From NCBI GenBank assembly GCA_044869275.1, contig JBIOXB010000187.1, positions 1 through 43,906 of the forward strand: a stretch of 43,906 nt of DNA, read 5' to 3'. The notes under the pieces were generated by a model. The model was not told the DNA's origin and ran no database searches. It saw nothing but the letters and a program-made list of their open reading frames with translations. The translations under genes and the position numbers were made by a program. Positions 40,237 to 43,906 of the stretch are shown here, piece after piece. The DNA is from a bacterium. GTDB lineage: Bacteria > Zhuqueibacterota > Zhuqueibacteria > Zhuqueibacterales > Zhuqueibacteraceae. Position 1 is the first letter of the stretch, and every line of letters starts with the position of its first letter.

Positions 40237-43200
40237 TTACATCCTGCCGTTGCCGGACTCCTCGTCCAACAAATCGATGTCCAATCCCAGGCCTTGCAGC
40301 TCGCGAATCAGCACATTGAAAGATTCCGGCAGACCGGGCTCGGGCAGATTGTCGCCTTTCACGATGGCTTCATACACTTTCGAGCGGCCGCGCACATCGT
40401 CGGATTTCACCGTGAGAATTTCCTGCAGCGTATACGCCGCGCCGTAGGCTTCCAGCGCCCACACTTCCATTTCGCCGAAGCGCTGGCCGCCGAATTGTGC
40501 CTTGCCGCCCAACGGCTGCTGCGTGATGAGCGAGTACGGGCCGATCGAGCGCGCGTGAATTTTATCTTCCACCAAGTGGGACAGCTTCATCATGTAAATA
40601 TATCCCACTGTCACTTGTTCGTCAAAAGGAACGCCCGTGCGGCCATCGTACAATTGCACCTTGCCTTCTTCGGGAATGCCGGCTTTGCGCATTTCCTCCA
40701 GCACCTCACCATCGGAAGCGCCGTCAAAGACCGGCGTGGCGTATTTCAAGCCGAGCTTGGCCGCGGCCCAGCCCAGGTTGGTCTCGAAGATTTGGCCGAG
40801 GTTCATGCGGGAGGGCACGCCCAGCGGATTGAGCACGATGTCAACCGGAGTGCCATCGGCCAAATGCGGCATGTCTTCGATCGGAACGATCTTGGCGACC
40901 ACGCCTTTGTTGCCGTGGCGGCCGGCCATCTTGTCGCCCACCATGAGCTTGCGCTTCTTGGCGACGTAAGCTTTTGCGAGTTGCACGATGCCCGGCGGCA
41001 ATTCGTCGCCGACCACGATCTTGAGCTTTTGCCGCTCGTATTCTTCTTCAATATCCTGCACCTTGCGCTCGTAAGCCGTGAACAGCGCCTCCACCAATTC
41101 GTTGATGCGCTTCTTCTCGGTCCAGCCTTCGCTGCGATCGAGCTTGTCAAAATCGAGCTCCTCGAGGCGTTCGGTGGTCAATTCCGTGTTGGCGCGCACG
41201 ATCACTTTACCGTGGGCGAGATCGCGAATCGTTCCGGACATTTCGCCTTCGAGCAAATGCGTCAGCTTTTCCCGCAGCAGCTTTTTCACGCGCTGCAGCT
41301 CGCGCGTATGCCAGTCTTCGATCTCGTCGAGTTTCTTCTTTTCCTGGCGCTTGGTTTTGGTGTCCTTCTTTTTGCGCGAAAACAGCTTGGTATCGATGAC
41401 GATGCCCTTCAAGCCCGGAGGTGCTTTCAAAGAAGCGTCCTTCACGTCGCCCGCTTTTTCGCCGAAAATGGCTTTGAGCAGTTTTTCTTCCGGCGTGGGA
41501 TCGGTCTCGCCCTTCGGCGTCACCTTGCCGACCAGAATGTCGCCGGCCTGGACTTCAGCGCCGGTGCGCACGATGCCGTTTTCGTCCAAATCCTTGGTTG
41601 ATTCTTCGGAAACGTTCGGAATTTCGCGGGTCAGCTCTTCTTCACCGCGCTTGGTGTCGCGCACCTGCAATTCGAATTCTTCGATGTGAATCGAGGTGTA
41701 CACATCTTTCTGCACCACGCGCTCGGACATTACGATCGCATCTTCGAAATTGTAACCGCGCCACGGCATGAACGCGACCAGCACGTTGCGGCCCAGCGCC
41801 AATTCGCCGTTTTGCGTGGCGCAGCCGTCGGCCAGCACCTGGCCCTTGGTGACGCGATCCCCGACGTTCACGATCGGGCGCTGATTGATGCACGTGTCCT
41901 GATTCGTGCGCAAAAATTTGGTGGTGCGATACGACACCAAATCGGATTCCTCGAAGCTCAACAGGCTTTCGGGATCGGTTTTCTTGCCGCGGCCGGAAGG
42001 GCCGTCTTTTTTGAGGATGATCCTTCCGGTTTCGACGTGCTCAACCACGCCGTCATGCTCGGAGATGATCATGGCGCGCGAATCACGCGCCACCTTGCCT
42101 TCCATGCCCGTTCCCACCAGCGGCGATTCCGGCACCAGCAATGGCACGGCCTGGCGTTGCATGTTCGAGCCCATCAACGCGCGGTTGGCATCGTCATGTT
42201 CCAAGAATGGAATCAAGGCAGCCGCCGCGGAGACGATTTGATTCGGCGACACATCCATGTAGTGCACTTCCTGCGGCGCCACCACCGGGAACTCGCCCTT
42301 GATGCGCGCTTTGATGCGATCGCTCATGAAATTGCCGCGACCATCCAGCGGCGCGTTCGCCTGTGCGATGACGTGCAAATCTTCGTCGTCAGCGGAAAGA
42401 TAGGCGATCTCGGCGGATACTTTGCCGTTCTTCGCCAGCCGATACGGCGTTTCGATGAAACCGAAATCGTTGATGCGCGCAAAGGTGGTGAGCGAGGAGA
42501 TCAAGCCGATGTTCGGGCCTTCCGGCGTTTCGATCGGGCACAAGCGGCCATAGTGCGTGTAATGCACGTCACGCACTTCGAAGCCGGCGCGCTCGCGGGT
42601 CAAACCGCCGGGCCCGAGCGCGGACAAGCGGCGCTTGTGCGTCAATTCCGCCAGCGGGTTGGTTTGATCCATGAACTGCGAAAGCTGGCTGGTGCCGAAA
42701 AACGTATTGATCACTGAAATAATGGTGCGCGCGTTGACCAAATCTTGCGGTGTGAGGTTTTCGTTTTCGCGCAGATTCATGCGCTCTTTGATCGTGCGCG
42801 ACATGCGGGAGAGTCCCACGCTCATCTGCTGCGACAACTGCTCGCCCACCGTGCGAATGCGGCGATTGCCGAGATGGTCGATATCGTCCGCGGTACGATG
42901 GCCGTTGCGCATGTCGAGCAGGTACTTGATGATCGCAATGATGTCTTGCGGCGTCAACACGGTGATGGGCTCGGGCATGTCCAGCCCCAGCTTCTTGATC
43001 AAGCGATAGCGCCCGACTTCGCCCAAGTCATAGCGTTTGGGGTTAAAAAACATCCGCTCCAAAAACTGCTTGGCCGTGTCGAAATCGGGAGGCTCGCCCG
43101 AGCGCAGGTTGCGGTAGATGAACTCCAGCGCTTCCTTCTGCGAGTGCGAGCTGTCCTTTCTGATCGTGTTCGAAATCACTTCCGGGCCGTAGGGGCTGTC

Positions 43201-43906
43201 CTGCTTGAGCAGGCGCAGCGAGTTGACCTTGGCCGCGCGCAGCTTTTCCAGCAATTCCTCGGTCAATTCCGTGTCGCGCTCGACGAGAATCTCGCCAGTA
43301 TCGCGATCGACGATATCGGCGATGACGGTGCGGCCGATATAGTTTTTCAGGTTGGCGTTGGTGAGCTTGACTTCTTCGATCAGATCGAACAATTGCAGCA
43401 ATTCTTTGTCGGTGGAATATCCCAACGCGCGCAGCAGAGTGGTCACGGGAAATTTTTTGCGGCGGTCGATGTAAACATACATCACGTCGCTGATGTCGGT
43501 GGTGAATTCCACCCACGAGCCGCGCAGCGGGATGATGCGCGCCGAAAAAATCTTCGAGCCATTCGGATGCTTGAGCTCGTCGAAGAACACGCCCGGCGAA
43601 CGGTGCAACTGGCTCACCACGATGCGTTCCGCACCGTTGATAATGAACGTGCCACGCGTGGTCATGAACGGAATGTTGCCGAGGTAAACCACCTGCTCGG
43701 TGGTCTCCCCGAACTCACCGGAGTCTTCGTCCTTGACCGACAGCCGCATCTTGGCTTTCAGGGGCACGGAATAGGTCACGCCGCGCTCCTGGCACTCGTC
43801 CATGTCGTACTTCGGTTTCTCGAGATAATACTCCACGAAATCGAGGCAGAAATTCTCCCGGCTGTCGTAAATCGGAAACACCGATTTGAACACCGCCTGC
43901 ATGCCT
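40237..43906 (-). CDS. rpoB: RNA polymerase beta subunit (5' end outside the window)
   Basis: [50 protein letters not shown] and GGQRFGEME motifs. The frame stays open to the edge, so ATG 43902 is probably internal. Confidence 0.99.
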   Translation of the reverse strand, partial: GMQAVFKSVFPIYDSRENFCLDFVEYYLEKPKYDMDECQERGVTYSVPLKAKMRLSVKDEDSGEFGETTEQVVYLGNIPFMTTRGTFIINGAERIVVSQLHRSPGVFFDELKHPNGSKIFSARIIPLRGSWVEFTTDISDVMYVYIDRRKKFPVTTLLRALGYSTDKELLQLFDLIEEVKLTNANLKNYIGRTVIADIVDRDTGEILVERDTELTEELLEKLRAAKVNSLRLLKQDSPYGPEVISNTIRKDSSHSQKEALEFIYRNLRSGEPPDFDTAKQFLERMFFNPKRYDLGEVGRYRLIKKLGLDMPEPITVLTPQDIIAIIKYLLDMRNGHRTADDIDHLGNRRIRTVGEQLSQQMSVGLSRMSRTIKERMNLRENENLTPQDLVNARTIISVINTFFGTSQLSQFMDQTNPLAELTHKRRLSALGPGGLTRERAGFEVRDVHYTHYGRLCPIETPEGPNIGLISSLTTFARINDFGFIETPYRLAKNGKVSAEIAYLSADDEDLHVIAQANAPLDGRGNFMSDRIKARIKGEFPVVAPQEVHYMDVSPNQIVSAAAALIPFLEHDDANRALMGSNMQRQAVPLLVPESPLVGTGMEGKVARDSRAMIISEHDGVVEHVETGRIILKKDGPSGRGKKTDPESLLSFEESDLVSYRTTKFLRTNQDTCINQRPIVNVGDRVTKGQVLADGCATQNGELALGRNVLVAFMPWRGYNFEDAIVMSERVVQKDVYTSIHIEEFELQVRDTKRGEEELTREIPNVSEESTKDLDENGIVRTGAEVQAGDILVGKVTPKGETDPTPEEKLLKAIFGEKAGDVKDASLKAPPGLKGIVIDTKLFSRKKKDTKTKRQEKKKLDEIEDWHTRELQRVKKLLREKLTHLLEGEMSGTIRDLAHGKVIVRANTELTTERLEELDFDKLDRSEGWTEKKRINELVEALFTAYERKVQDIEEEYERQKLKIVVGDELPPGIVQLAKAYVAKKRKLMVGDKMAGRHGNKGVVAKIVPIEDMPHLADGTPVDIVLNPLGVPSRMNLGQIFETNLGWAAAKLGLKYATPVFDGASDGEVLEEMRKAGIPEEGKVQLYDGRTGVPFDEQVTVGYIYMMKLSHLVEDKIHARSIGPYSLITQQPLGGKAQFGGQRFGEMEVWALEAYGAAYTLQEILTVKSDDVRGRSKVYEAIVKGDNLPEPGLPESFNVLIRELQGLGLDIDLLDEESGNGRM

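Noticed and set aside
42610..42710. Rifampicin-resistance substitutions in RpoB cluster I
   Set aside because: [23 protein letters not shown] retains the sensitive-type Q, D, H and S residues.

Overview
This is a GC-rich bacterial core-genome window, and every gene except the OmpA-family gene (and a possible gene end at 1-75) is on the minus strand. From right to left it holds a 5'-truncated rpoB, rpoC, the str genes (rpsL-rpsG-fusA-tuf), the full S10 and spc clusters, secY-adk-map-infA-rpmJ and the alpha cluster (rpsM-rpsK-rpsD-rpoA-rplQ). These are followed by hutU-hutI, a lipoprotein/outer-membrane barrel pair, and glyA-nrdR-tatC-dcd-PHP-MBL hydrolase-diheme cytochrome c-LeuB-family dehydrogenase, which converges on a plus-strand OmpA-family gene. 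Inserts in RpoC and GlyA plus strong Shine-Dalgarno use suggest an FCB-related, non-Bacteroidota lineage such as KSB1 or Calditrichota (inference). I found no CRISPR array, tRNA, rRNA, prophage or defence island. The most unusual signal is non-coding: many normally tight junctions of the ribosomal superoperon are expanded to about 80-225 nt. They hold two families of degenerate 7-nt tandem repeats, mostly arranged as palindromes (8 loci), and long irregular hairpins, including a ~130-nt rod between rpmJ and rpsM. All folds were read by eye, not computed.
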